Shown one piece after another: positions 18,637 through 28,796 of a stretch of DNA of 64,000 bases. Where the stretch lies: positions 1-64,000 of IMG/VR virus record IMGVR_UViG_3300033141_005269, one strand, 5' to 3'. A model generated the notes under the pieces. It made no database searches. It was not told the origin of the DNA and was given only the letters and a program-made list of their open reading frames with translations. The translations under genes were made by a program, and so were the position numbers. Positions within the stretch are counted from its first letter, which is position 1; every line of letters starts with the position of its first letter. Source of the stretch: a virus.

Positions 18637-19851
18637 TTGATGAAGATGCTTGATAGGCTGCAACATATCGTATCGCCGAGAGTATTCAAGAGATCTGAGA
18701 AAGTCGTGCCAAGGATATTTAAACTCGAAGAGATCAACGGTTGTATTACAGCGTATATTCGAGGAAGCAAACAACCAGAAGTACACACGGCAAGCATTGA
18801 CAAGAACGGCAATTACTTTTGCAATTGTCAAGGGTTCATGTCTCACAGCGAGAAGTTATGTTCGCACCTCTTCGCATTACTTCGAAAAATGGAAGAAGAT
18901 GGAAAAGATATTACACCATATGTAAAAGGAATACTGGGTTTTGGTGATGAGAAAATGGAAATAATTAAAACAAGTCTTGAAGGCTATAACAAACTATTCG
19001 ATGGATTGCATAAGGGAAGAATAAACGCGATATATGGCAAACCAGAAATGGGAAAAAGCATACTTGATATGCAATTCGCGATAGATGTAATGGAAGCTGA
19101 GGAAGGAAACTCGCTAATAATCGATACGGAAGGCGGAGTTGAAGTAGATTGGTTGAAATATTTTCTGAAGAGAAATCCAGACTTGAGCATCGAACGAGTA
19201 ACTTGGCCGGTTGAAGAAGTAGTAAGCGAGAAAGGAAATGCTGTAGAGAAGCGAGTATTGTTTAACTATGATGACTTAGAGTATAAGCCAACTCAAAAGA
19301 ACACGATTTACATCTGGGAGTGCAGAACGCTTTTACCAGTTTTAGCTTTTCATGGTAGACCGCTTTACTTCAAGGAATCGGGCGGAGTCATCGAACCAAT
19401 CGACGAAGTTAGCCAGCTTAGAACAGTTACGAAGAGCCCAATAGGAAGAATGGTCAAGGAATGCAAAATAAAATACATTGGATATGATAGCATAAGCGCG
19501 CCGGTAGAGAGCGAGTTCACGGGTGGGCAGAGTAACTGGAGGACGCGAGCAAAAACAGAGTTTGTCTTATTGAATAGAACTCAGCAATTGCTCGATAAAT
19601 TCAATTTGGTTGCGATGCTGGTGATTCATTCGACGCAAGGCGGATTTAAGAAGCCAGAGCCTGTAGGCGGAAAAGCTTTACTACATAACTCGAAGTTTGT
19701 AACATATATCACGCAGATAACCAAGCGCAGTGGACCATGGGCTGGTAGCAAATCGCTGAGAAAACTCGAAATTTATCGAAGTCAGTTCAAGGAAAGCTGG
19801 AGTGAAAGCGCAGAAGTAGTGATTACTGATGAAGGCTTTAAGGACGCATAG
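18637..19851 (+). CDS. SWIM Zn-finger fused to a RadA/RecA-family ATPase
   Basis: CNC-x9-CSH; IYGKPEMGKS Walker A; IIDTEGG; YDSISAP; PVGGKALLH. Confidence 0.85.
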   Translation: MMKMLDRLQHIVSPRVFKRSEKVVPRIFKLEEINGCITAYIRGSKQPEVHTASIDKNGNYFCNCQGFMSHSEKLCSHLFALLRKMEEDGKDITPYVKGILGFGDEKMEIIKTSLEGYNKLFDGLHKGRINAIYGKPEMGKSILDMQFAIDVMEAEEGNSLIIDTEGGVEVDWLKYFLKRNPDLSIERVTWPVEEVVSEKGNAVEKRVLFNYDDLEYKPTQKNTIYIWECRTLLPVLAFHGRPLYFKESGGVIEPIDEVSQLRTVTKSPIGRMVKECKIKYIGYDSISAPVESEFTGGQSNWRTRAKTEFVLLNRTQQLLDKFNLVAMLVIHSTQGGFKKPEPVGGKALLHNSKFVTYITQITKRSGPWAGSKSLRKLEIYRSQFKESWSESAEVVITDEGFKDA

Positions 19852-20080
19852 CCGGTTCATGGATTATGTTAAGGATATAAAATATCTGCCCGACGGAGAA
19901 TTCATGGTAAAGCTGAAAGGGAACTGTAGGATTTGCGGGAAGCTCTTCGAGAAAGAAATAAAACTGAAGAAAGAAGCTTTAATATATAATTACCCCCAAA
20001 AATTCGAGGAAGTACTAAGTAGAAAATGTGTTTGCGATGAAGAACTGTGCAAAATAGCTATTGGATTGACCGCTGGTTAA
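19829..20080 (+). CDS. Small Cys-containing protein
   Basis: CRICGK...CVCDEELC. Confidence 0.5.
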   Translation: MKALRTHSRFMDYVKDIKYLPDGEFMVKLKGNCRICGKLFEKEIKLKKEALIYNYPQKFEEVLSRKCVCDEELCKIAIGLTAG

Positions 20081-21017
20081 CCCAATTTGCACAAGAACCA
20101 TCGCATATTCCCAAATTTTTCAATGTTTCTTCTTTGAATGGTCGTAAACCGTTTTGTTGGACGCGACGCAGAGTATATTCGATTTGATATCGAGTTTGTT
20201 CCTCGTCGAAATCACTACATATCCGGAATCGATCAATTATCTTTTCAATTGGAATGCCAGCGAAAATAGCATCTAAAACGTAAGCAAGCCTTACTTCATG
20301 GTCTGGAGATTTACGAAAAGCTTTCTCGATACATGGACGGATCCTAAAATGTCCCAGGTTTTCGCATCCCTCAACTTTATTTTTGCTTTGTTTTATCGCT
20401 GCTTGAACGGCAAGTTTCATTGTATTATTTCGAATATGATGCTCGAGTAAGTCTTGAATATCGATTTCCTCGATAAGCTTTCCGTGCTCGTCATACGGCA
20501 AAACTTGTTTGTTTGTCTTTTCATGTATAGAATATGGAACGCGGCAAAGCGCCGCTAAATGAAGCGGTTTTTTATCGAGGGTCGGGTATACCTTGTTAAT
20601 TTTTTGCCAATCACAACCCACAAGAATTTTTATTAGTTCGCGGTAAGCTCTAAAAGCGATTATTTGCTCATCGTATTTGTAAACAATCGGTGAATCCGAA
20701 ACGAAGGCGTATAAATGATAACCACGATTTCCTGTATCAAAGATAATTGGTTTTGCTCCGAAGCTTTGGAGACGACTATTCAGTTTCAAACAATCCAAAC
20801 GGGCTAACCATTTGTTTTTCGAATCAAAATCGAAGAAAACTTTAAAGATGGAATTTTTTGGTTGCACGGAGACAAAGGCTGGCTCGGAATTAATTGTGCA
20901 ATGTTTGACCCATTCCGAAAGCTCATCCGAATTATAGATTTTAACGTTCCGAAATCGTCCGAATGTGTAGACCAGATAATCTGGCCCGAACCAATCATTC
21001 CAAAACTCTTTTCTCAT
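20058..21017 (-). CDS. Archaeo-eukaryotic primase: PriS domain plus a PriL-CTD/PriX-like C-terminus
   Basis: FFDFD, TGNRGYHLY, RVPYSIHEKT; RPCI...FDEEQTRYQIEY. Confidence 0.85.
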   Translation of the reverse strand: MRKEFWNDWFGPDYLVYTFGRFRNVKIYNSDELSEWVKHCTINSEPAFVSVQPKNSIFKVFFDFDSKNKWLARLDCLKLNSRLQSFGAKPIIFDTGNRGYHLYAFVSDSPIVYKYDEQIIAFRAYRELIKILVGCDWQKINKVYPTLDKKPLHLAALCRVPYSIHEKTNKQVLPYDEHGKLIEEIDIQDLLEHHIRNNTMKLAVQAAIKQSKNKVEGCENLGHFRIRPCIEKAFRKSPDHEVRLAYVLDAIFAGIPIEKIIDRFRICSDFDEEQTRYQIEYTLRRVQQNGLRPFKEETLKNLGICDGSCANWVNQRSIQ

Positions 21018-21034
21018 ATCTCAAAAGCACTTCC

Positions 21035-21379
21035 TCACAATTCGCCGCCGATTGGAGTTGAAGGAAACAGTTTACGGATGCGACTAAGTAAGATACTTCG
21101 ATGACAGTGGCTAGCATCCTTTTCGTAGCAAACTAATACAACGTCTTTTTGCCTTGCACGAGTAGCAATGTTTTTCATCCACGTCCAAGCTTCAATATTT
21201 TCAAGTTTTTCGCGATAACGTCGAGAATATTCATGCCATGAAATTGAACCGTTTTTATAAGCCTCAAGATCGTCTTTGTTCGGCGCGACTATATCATTAC
21301 CACGTCCTATCATCACGTAGACTACTTCGAAATTATCTGGGAAACTTCTCTTTTTGCTTAAGTATGAAGTATAAAGCAA
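21035..21379 (-). CDS. DUF488-like protein
   Basis: LYTSY, VAP, VVLVCYEKDASHCHRSIL. Confidence 0.75.
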   Translation of the reverse strand: MLYTSYLSKKRSFPDNFEVVYVMIGRGNDIVAPNKDDLEAYKNGSISWHEYSRRYREKLENIEAWTWMKNIATRARQKDVVLVCYEKDASHCHRSILLSRIRKLFPSTPIGGEL

Positions 21380-21458
21380 GAAATCGAACCTCCAAAATTA
21401 ATGATTTGCTCAGGAAACATCATCGCGAAACACTGCAAGATAATAAATTTGGAAGTTT

Positions 21459-22313
21459 TTAAGTATTACTATCTAGAGATTTCGATGGTTTTAACAAAGA
21501 AATTGGAGTTTCAAGGTAAATTCGATACATGTTTCGCGGAACTGCAAAGTTATGCTCCCTAGCCTCGATAGTTAAATGCTTCGCGACAACTGGCATGGCT
21601 ATTCGTTTATTGTCCCAATTATCCTCGCCAACTTCATCAAAAGCGTGCTGTAGAGCGCGAATTATGCGATCGTGAGGCATTTCTGGGAGCTGAACTTTCG
21701 GTGGCTTCTTAACTTTGGGGAGTTTTGGTAAATCAACTTTTTCTTTGAAGAAGACCTGATTTTTATAATCCTTTCCGACTACTCCTTCCCGTCTGTGTCG
21801 TCTGCACCACTTAAGCGCTTGTTCAATATGCTCGAAAAGATCATCTGTGGAAGCGGGAATAAATCTGTCTACAACTCGAACAATCGGTAAGCGATGATGA
21901 AAGGCTTTTTGATAAATGATATTATATCCAAGAAAACGTTCTGTTTGACAGTCCCAAATATCGAATAATATCCAATGAATATGTTTGCGCTTGGGCTCGA
22001 TCCTGGTAGGCGAAATGCGCTTAAGTAACTCGCCGAATAGGATGTAATCGTTACCATAAATTTGCTCGTCGCGAAGAAGCTCAACTGCTTTCGAAAATTC
22101 AGGAGTTGATTTAAGGCGAGTTTGGATATCATTTGATGCTTGTTCTAGATTGCGGCTTGAGATCCTAACTACTCCGGAGTCATCAAGCCAGATTGAAACG
22201 TTTTCGCCGTCTCGTTTTTCAGTTAGATGAAGAAGCTGACCAATTAATTCGCGACCTTGATTTCGCAAACGGCGAATCGGTTCCAAATCATAATATTTTC
22301 TCCATCGAGTCAT
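21459..22313 (-). CDS. ATP-dependent RNA ligase family protein
   Basis: TEKRDGEN motif I, LFGE, LFDI, EGVV, FKEK. Confidence 0.8.
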   Translation of the reverse strand: MTRWRKYYDLEPIRRLRNQGRELIGQLLHLTEKRDGENVSIWLDDSGVVRISSRNLEQASNDIQTRLKSTPEFSKAVELLRDEQIYGNDYILFGELLKRISPTRIEPKRKHIHWILFDIWDCQTERFLGYNIIYQKAFHHRLPIVRVVDRFIPASTDDLFEHIEQALKWCRRHRREGVVGKDYKNQVFFKEKVDLPKLPKVKKPPKVQLPEMPHDRIIRALQHAFDEVGEDNWDNKRIAMPVVAKHLTIEAREHNFAVPRNMYRIYLETPISLLKPSKSLDSNT

Positions 22314-22352
22314 AATTTCGTCCTCTTTTTCGAGGAATACTCAAATGAATGT

Positions 22353-23090
22353 TCAAATTATCAATCCAAAAATGAAGTTTTTATATTGTTGTTTCCACGC
22401 GAATATATACTGACAATTGCTTTGAGGCCATGTTGAAACTGCTTCTATCGTTGCCCAACTTGCGATATCATTTCCCCAATCGTAACTATATTTTTCGAAA
22501 AGCGGCACATCCGATAAATCGACGAAGTTATCATCAACTGCTAATTGAACATAATGTTCTTTGTCGAAATCAGCTATCATTAACACGTTATGCCACTTTT
22601 TATCAATTGGAATGACAAGCCCAGAGTCTACATTACCATTTCTTGTAGCAACAAACACCTTGCCTCGCTTGCCATCAGGTGACCATGGATTTAGCTTTCG
22701 GAACATTGATGCTTCAATCCGACGATGTGAACCTCTGCCAAATTGGTTTCGACCATCATAAATCGTCATGTTCCAGTCGTGTTGTTCAGCATTAAATATT
22801 TGCGAGGTTGAAGGTTTTGGTATAGTTGGCATCCGTGTTTGAAACGCTAAGAACATCTTGGTCAAGTGTATCGGTATGTCTCCCCACGCTTCTTGATATT
22901 TCTTTCCTACCAACGCGTTTGCCCAAGTGTGACGCAACCTTACATTCGAGATAACTTCGCCGTATGTCTCGAGTATTTCCAATGCAACATCATCGATGCT
23001 ACAAGGACAGCTGGTGCCGCCACCGGGATTGCATTCAACATTTAACGATAAGCCCTCAAGATTTGGGGAATAAAACAATGGTTTATACAT
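22353..23090 (-). CDS. Hypothetical protein
   Basis: 245-aa ORF with a GAGG SD. Confidence 0.6.
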   Translation of the reverse strand: MYKPLFYSPNLEGLSLNVECNPGGGTSCPCSIDDVALEILETYGEVISNVRLRHTWANALVGKKYQEAWGDIPIHLTKMFLAFQTRMPTIPKPSTSQIFNAEQHDWNMTIYDGRNQFGRGSHRRIEASMFRKLNPWSPDGKRGKVFVATRNGNVDSGLVIPIDKKWHNVLMIADFDKEHYVQLAVDDNFVDLSDVPLFEKYSYDWGNDIASWATIEAVSTWPQSNCQYIFAWKQQYKNFIFGLII

Positions 23091-23123
23091 CGTGTTAATT
23101 CGCCTCTTTAGCTGCTAACTCGA

Positions 23124-23209
23124 AGCAGATCCCGGGTTATCGTCCCGACGGCACGCCGAAGTCAGGACCATCATAGCTAGGCACGCGCAGCCTCGGGTTA
23201 GCATCTGCT
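23124..23209. ncRNA. Candidate small structured RNA element
   Basis: GC-rich intergenic stretch closed by AGCAGAT/ATCTGCT, with internal hairpins. Confidence 0.4.
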
Positions 23210-23889
23210 AAGGTCATTTCACTATTGGATTCCTTTTGATGAAAAGATCAGCGCTCGCCTTTGTAAATTTTGCGATGTCCTCTGGTTCGCCTTCAATTTC
23301 CATATCTGCTTGCTTGAGTATAACTCGAATTTTCCCCAAATTAATACCTCCTATTTATTGTTGAAGAAAGCTTCTTTAACTTTCAAATCGTTTGCAACTT
23401 CTCGAATTAATTCCTCGTCTTTGGAATGGCAAAACATCCAACCGTTCCTGTATACCACCCATATTTTCCCCTCTTGTTTGACGTTAATCAACCAAGCCAA
23501 CCTCCTTCGCACATTCATAATGTCTAAGCTTAACTCGACCATTTGCGAGACTAGAAGCTATTTTATCTCCAATATCGAGTTTTCCACCACAAGTGTAGCA
23601 AACAAGCTTTACTCCGCGAGTTATAAGCAACCTTTTGATCGGTTCATCAATTGTATAAACTTTCAATTCGTAACCTCCAAATTATTTTTCATGAATCGCT
23701 GGTCTCGCTCAGTGAATATCCATGACAGCTTCTTGATCGCGAACAGAAGGAAATCGTTTATGTCAATGCTTGGGTGATCACTCCAAACTGTAATGATATG
23801 TTCCCTCTTTTCACGGCCAGCAATTGCCGAGCGCAAATAAACTTCGAACCGCTCTTTGTTATATATTATCTCGAACTCAAAAGTAGCCA

Positions 23890-24075
23890 TCATCTGGACT
23901 CCTTGATCTTTACTCCTTCCCTCTTCAACTTTTCGCGAATAGCTTGCCGGATTGCTTCACTACGTTGCGAACCCAATTGTTTGCACATTTCGTCGAGTGC
24001 TTCAAGAAGATTCGCAGGACAAGTAAAGGTAACCCGTAGAAATGCCGGATTTATTCCAATATTGTCTGGTTTCAT
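23890..24075 (-). CDS. Ribbon-helix-helix regulator, paralog of 2985..3158
   Basis: FLRVTFTCPANLLEALDEMCKQLGSQRSEAIRQAIRE. Confidence 0.85.
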   Translation of the reverse strand: MKPDNIGINPAFLRVTFTCPANLLEALDEMCKQLGSQRSEAIRQAIREKLKREGVKIKESR

Positions 24076-24499
24076 ATTTGATTACCACCGAATGTAATTA
24101 AATAGAATTAAAGTATATAAAGATTACTATATTTTATGAATTAGACATTACCAATAATTTTGAAGCCGAGACATCTAGGTTTCTGGACCTCAAAATATGC
24201 GATCGTGTTTCGAGAAGCGATAGAATTTGAGCAAAAAGGGGCTAATTTTGAGCGGCAATGGCGCTTGGAAGGCTATTTCTCCGTCCTTTGAAAATACTGA
24301 AATTATGCAACATTCGAGTGGTTTTCCTGTTGAATCATAACGCCACATGAAATCGCGAATTATTGCTTGGAAGTCATCCTTCGAGAATGATTTCTCCTCT
24401 GTAAGCTGTGACCAGAACCCTTCGAATGCTTCAAAATTTGTTAAATCAAAAAAATTGGAAAGGGTCTGAATGTTCTGGAAGATTACTCGAGTGGGGAGC

Positions 24500-25408
24500 T
24501 TAGCTGCACCCTTTAAGCCATTCATATGTCCTCGCTAACCCTTCCTCTAAATTAATTTTTGGAGACCAACCCAAGCTTTTTGCCTTCGAGATGTCGAGTG
24601 CAAGTCGGAGACCCTTTTCGCCAGGTCTGAAAGGTTTAATCGTAAGCTTGCTGCTACTTTTGGCAACTTTAATACAGAGCTCAGCGAGTTCCTTGATAGA
24701 AGTTTCGCGTCCAGATGCCACGTTGTAAATTTCGCCTATCGTCTTATCCGGGTTTTCAATTGCTGTCAAAACAAAATCGACATAATTCGAAACATAGTTG
24801 AAATCCCTAGTTTGTGTTCCGCCTTCAACAGTTATCGGTTTACCTTCGAGTGCTTGTTTGAGGAAAATTGAAACTACTTGTTTCATTCGCATGGTAGGTC
24901 CGTAAAGCGTACCGCTTCGCAGTATGGTGATGGGTAATTCGAAACATCTGGCATAAGTCTGCGCTAAAATATCAGCCGATGCTTTTGTCGCGCCGTAAAT
25001 ATTGGTTGGTCTTAGCGGATGTTTTTCATCTATTGGCAAGTATTCAGCTCGACCATAAACTGACTCGGAGCTCATATGAATGAAATGTTTGACCTTACTT
25101 CGCGATAAAACCTCCAAAAGATTGAGCGTGCCGAAGATATTTGTCTGTGCGGTGTAAGATGGGGAAGTGAATGCGAATGGAACATCAGCTTGTGCAGATA
25201 GGTGTACTGCTACATCGTATGGAAGGCTTCGAATGTCTTGTATACTCTGCCAATGATAGTTTACTTTATTCATGATATCAAAGAGTCTTCGCGCAGAAGT
25301 CGGTGGTAAAATATCTACGCCATGAACCTCATATCCATGCTGAATAAGCTCGCGAGCGAGGGCCGAGCCAACAAATCCTGCTATCCCAGTTATTAAAACC
25401 GAAGTCAT
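24500..25408 (-). CDS. NAD-dependent nucleotide-sugar epimerase/dehydratase
   Basis: ITGIAGFVG, SSESVYG, YGATK, TRDFNYV. Confidence 0.92.
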   Translation of the reverse strand: MTSVLITGIAGFVGSALARELIQHGYEVHGVDILPPTSARRLFDIMNKVNYHWQSIQDIRSLPYDVAVHLSAQADVPFAFTSPSYTAQTNIFGTLNLLEVLSRSKVKHFIHMSSESVYGRAEYLPIDEKHPLRPTNIYGATKASADILAQTYARCFELPITILRSGTLYGPTMRMKQVVSIFLKQALEGKPITVEGGTQTRDFNYVSNYVDFVLTAIENPDKTIGEIYNVASGRETSIKELAELCIKVAKSSSKLTIKPFRPGEKGLRLALDISKAKSLGWSPKINLEEGLARTYEWLKGCS

Positions 25409-25455
25409 GAAAACACCGAAGAAGTAAGAAAGATTGCAAATATATAAATTTACGT

Positions 25456-26286
25456 CTAGGATATCGATTTTATTTCGACTTTGAACGGGAAAACATGCTT
25501 CTCTGTCCATTTAATTGTGATGACCGGCGAACCAAGTGTTGTTGGAACATAGCTTTTGGCTTCAACATATGATATAGCATTCGGCATGTAACCTTTCAGG
25601 AAACTACCAGTGAAAACGAAGTTTTGTTTCATTTCGCGAACATTTAAACCATTATCGACTTGAAGCTGAACTCGCGGTGGAATTGGCCCAAGCAAGTGAA
25701 CATGACCTTGGAGATAAAGCGGAAGATTCGGAAAAATACTCGCGAGATCAGTTATTCTGTTTATGCGTCCGCCCATAGTTCTGGCTGTTGTCCACCCGTG
25801 ATGAGCATAAAAGTCGAATTGCTTTTGTTTTGCGCGCTTGCCACTATTTCGCTTGAAAACTAATCGAATGTAAGCATCAATTGTAAGATAAGGAACGCCA
25901 AGATCATAAGCTAAAGAGTCAACATAGTTATGATTGTGGAGCTTCCAGTGCAGATAGTCATGATTTCCATCCAATAAGCCCAAACATTTTTCTTTAATTG
26001 GTTCGAATAATTCGCGAATCCGACGATATTGTTTATCTGGTGTTGGATAATTCGGGTCGATACTGTTTAAGTCAAAGCGTCTGTCCTTCACTGTAATAGC
26101 ATCTGCATAATCACCCATGCCAAGCCAGAGGCAATTATCCTCGTTTTTTATGAAGTTAATCACTTTGTTCAAAACCCGCAAATCAACGTTTCGATGTCCA
26201 AGATGAATGTCGCCGAGCGCTACAAGCTTAAGGGTCCCATCATCACCAGACGAGTACTCGAAAACTTTTTTCAAAACTTGCATCAA
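25456..26286 (-). CDS. Calcineurin-like metallophosphoesterase
   Basis: GDIHLG, GD, GNHD, HHG, GHVH. Confidence 0.88.
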   Translation of the reverse strand: MMQVLKKVFEYSSGDDGTLKLVALGDIHLGHRNVDLRVLNKVINFIKNEDNCLWLGMGDYADAITVKDRRFDLNSIDPNYPTPDKQYRRIRELFEPIKEKCLGLLDGNHDYLHWKLHNHNYVDSLAYDLGVPYLTIDAYIRLVFKRNSGKRAKQKQFDFYAHHGWTTARTMGGRINRITDLASIFPNLPLYLQGHVHLLGPIPPRVQLQVDNGLNVREMKQNFVFTGSFLKGYMPNAISYVEAKSYVPTTLGSPVITIKWTEKHVFPFKVEIKSIS

Positions 26287-26347
26287 ATCAACCTCGAGAC
26301 TTGTAGATTTAAATAATTGGCAAGAATTTAAATATTATGATTTCAAG

Positions 26348-27670
26348 ATGTCAAGTCAGAAGCTAGTAGGCCTCCAAAACGATCCGGTAAAGTTTTATAA
26401 TGAATTCCTGAAAATTAAAGGGGAAAAGCTTCACTGGTATCAAAAAGAATTCTTAAGATGTAAAGCTCGAGTAATCACTGTTCTGAAAGGGCGGAGTATA
26501 GGAATAAGCTGGGCTGGTGGGATTAAAGCCTTACATCGAGCTTTACTATGGCCAAATCAAAACGTATTAATTGTAAGCTGGAATGAAGACCAAGCGAAGA
26601 AAATATTAGAATACGCGAAAATGTTCGTAAGACGAAATAGTGACTTGGAGAGCCTTGTCAGAAGCTCGCCATCGCTTGCGCTTGTCTTTCGAAATGGAAG
26701 CAGAATCGATGCTACTGGAACAACGAGACCAAATGCTGATAACGTGAGAAACTTTCATTGTAACTTATTATTCGTTGATGAAGCAGCTTTAATTTATGAT
26801 GAAATGTTCGCAGCGATAACTCCAACTACGCGAGGAATGGAAAACCCGCAAGAAATCTACATTAGTACCGCTGGACGAGTTGGAAGCTTTTTCCATAGGC
26901 AGTTTTTAGCGGCACGAAAGCATGGAACTAAACAAGGCGAAGTTGCTCCGGATGGCTCAGCATGGTTTATGATACCGAGCACTGAATGTGATAGGATAAG
27001 CGAAGAAGAACTTCAAACAGAAAGAGAAAGACTTGGAAAACTAAGATTCGAGCGAGAATATCTATGTCAATGGGTCGGCGCGAAAAATCAAATATTTCCA
27101 AAGGTTCCGAAATTACAATACAACTTGCCAATGAGGAGCGAGCAACCATGTGTTGCTGGGTTAGATGTTGGCTTGGTGGAGAACCCAACCGTTTTAGTAG
27201 TACTCGAACCCATAGATGACGAGAGAATGCGAGTTGTTAATGTTACAGAATGGCGAAGAACCGGAACCGAAGAAATGTTCCCGGAAATCATGCAATTACT
27301 GGAAATGTACAACGTAAAACGCTTGATTATAGATGCCGAGGGGATAGGAGAAGGATTATTCACATTACTACTTGGAGCAAATGCTCCAGTTCATGGAATG
27401 AAGATTAAGGATAAACAGAAAAACGAACTAATGTTTAATTTAGCCAGATTACTCGAGAAAGAACAAGTGTATTTGCCGAAAGATGGGAATGAAGCGACCA
27501 GAGAATTAAACTTTGAGTTGCAAAGCTACATCGCAACGCCTTCGAAATCGAAACCCGGAATTTATAAATTTGATTCGTTGATTGGACGCGAAGATTATGT
27601 GATTGCATTAGCCTTAGCGCTTGAAGCCAGTAAAATCGAGAGTTATCAACCAATAATTAAGATTGTGTAG
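26348..27670 (+). CDS. Terminase large subunit
   Basis: YQ motif, KGRSIGIS Walker A variant, LFVDEAA, ISTA, FEREYLC, GLDVG, DYVIALALA. Confidence 0.9.
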   Translation: MSSQKLVGLQNDPVKFYNEFLKIKGEKLHWYQKEFLRCKARVITVLKGRSIGISWAGGIKALHRALLWPNQNVLIVSWNEDQAKKILEYAKMFVRRNSDLESLVRSSPSLALVFRNGSRIDATGTTRPNADNVRNFHCNLLFVDEAALIYDEMFAAITPTTRGMENPQEIYISTAGRVGSFFHRQFLAARKHGTKQGEVAPDGSAWFMIPSTECDRISEEELQTERERLGKLRFEREYLCQWVGAKNQIFPKVPKLQYNLPMRSEQPCVAGLDVGLVENPTVLVVLEPIDDERMRVVNVTEWRRTGTEEMFPEIMQLLEMYNVKRLIIDAEGIGEGLFTLLLGANAPVHGMKIKDKQKNELMFNLARLLEKEQVYLPKDGNEATRELNFELQSYIATPSKSKPGIYKFDSLIGREDYVIALALALEASKIESYQPIIKIV

Positions 27671-28328
27671 ACCATTCAAGATCGCGTTGATTTATTAGTA
27701 ACCAATGCTTAAAGCAGATCGGAACATCTTCAAAGATTTTTCCATGTTTCATTCGAATTGAAACTATTATATCATCTCGATTGCATCTTCGATATGAAGT
27801 ACCAAGCATTTTATTGAGACGATGAATTTGACACTTCATGAAATTGCCTCAATGAACTTGTTCAGTTTTGTTAACTCATTTCGTAAATATCGCTTGATCA
27901 TGAATAAGAATCGAAGTAAAAACTTAAGCAACTCAATCAGTCCTTGAATGGCGTCATCCACTTATTCGATTTCGGAGCTGGCATATTCACAAAAATTCGA
28001 TCTTTTGGAACTTCAAGAAATACTTCGAGTGCGTGACGCAGGCTATGCAACTTCGCATATTCCTTATTTGAGGCTGTTCGTTCCGCTTTGATTACTTCAT
28101 GCAGCAACTCACTCGCCTTTTCACGAATATTCATCAATCAGTGCCTCCCGCGAAGTATGGATTATCAGTTTCGAAATAATCATCAAAAGCTTGCATCATT
28201 GAGTCGACTAAATCTTTAATCTCCTTAACATCAGTTCCTATCGAATAAAAAGTAAGTAGAAGCTGGTTTTTCACTATTCGACGAATATATTTAATCTTTT
28301 CTTCATCCAATTAATCCGCCTCCAAAAT

Positions 28329-28796
28329 TTAGCTTGTCATAGAATCGGCGATAAGAAGCGGTCCAAGTGTTTTGCCAATATTTTCCAAGACTTCGGCTAT
28401 TTCAGAACTTTCTGCTTCCACTTCTTCGCGAGTTTTCTTCAAGTTAATCAAAAAATCATCGAAATGCTCTATGAACGACTTTATCTTGTAGAAATCCTTA
28501 AAGTTTTCTTTACGATTAAGAAAATCCCAAATCTTTGGAGCTTGGGGAATTTTGTTTTCAGTCCACCAGAGTATAAAGTAAGGCGAAGTCCAAGAAATCT
28601 GCACTTCAAGCCAGTCAGTTACTGGGACACGAATGAAGAAAACGTGACCGGGAGTTCTTTTAAACTCCTTTTTCATGAAGGCTCGAAACTTAGTGAACCA
28701 GTGAAAAATTTCGTTGATATTGTTTGATGTTTTGTCAAGAGTTTTGATGATAGATTTAATTTCCGTTACTACTCCCTCGACCTCGATTGTAACCAC
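28329..28796 (-). CDS. Hypothetical protein
   Basis: GGAGG SD; ends with the recurrent C-terminal motif. Confidence 0.6.
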   Translation of the reverse strand: MVTIEVEGVVTEIKSIIKTLDKTSNNINEIFHWFTKFRAFMKKEFKRTPGHVFFIRVPVTDWLEVQISWTSPYFILWWTENKIPQAPKIWDFLNRKENFKDFYKIKSFIEHFDDFLINLKKTREEVEAESSEIAEVLENIGKTLGPLLIADSMTS

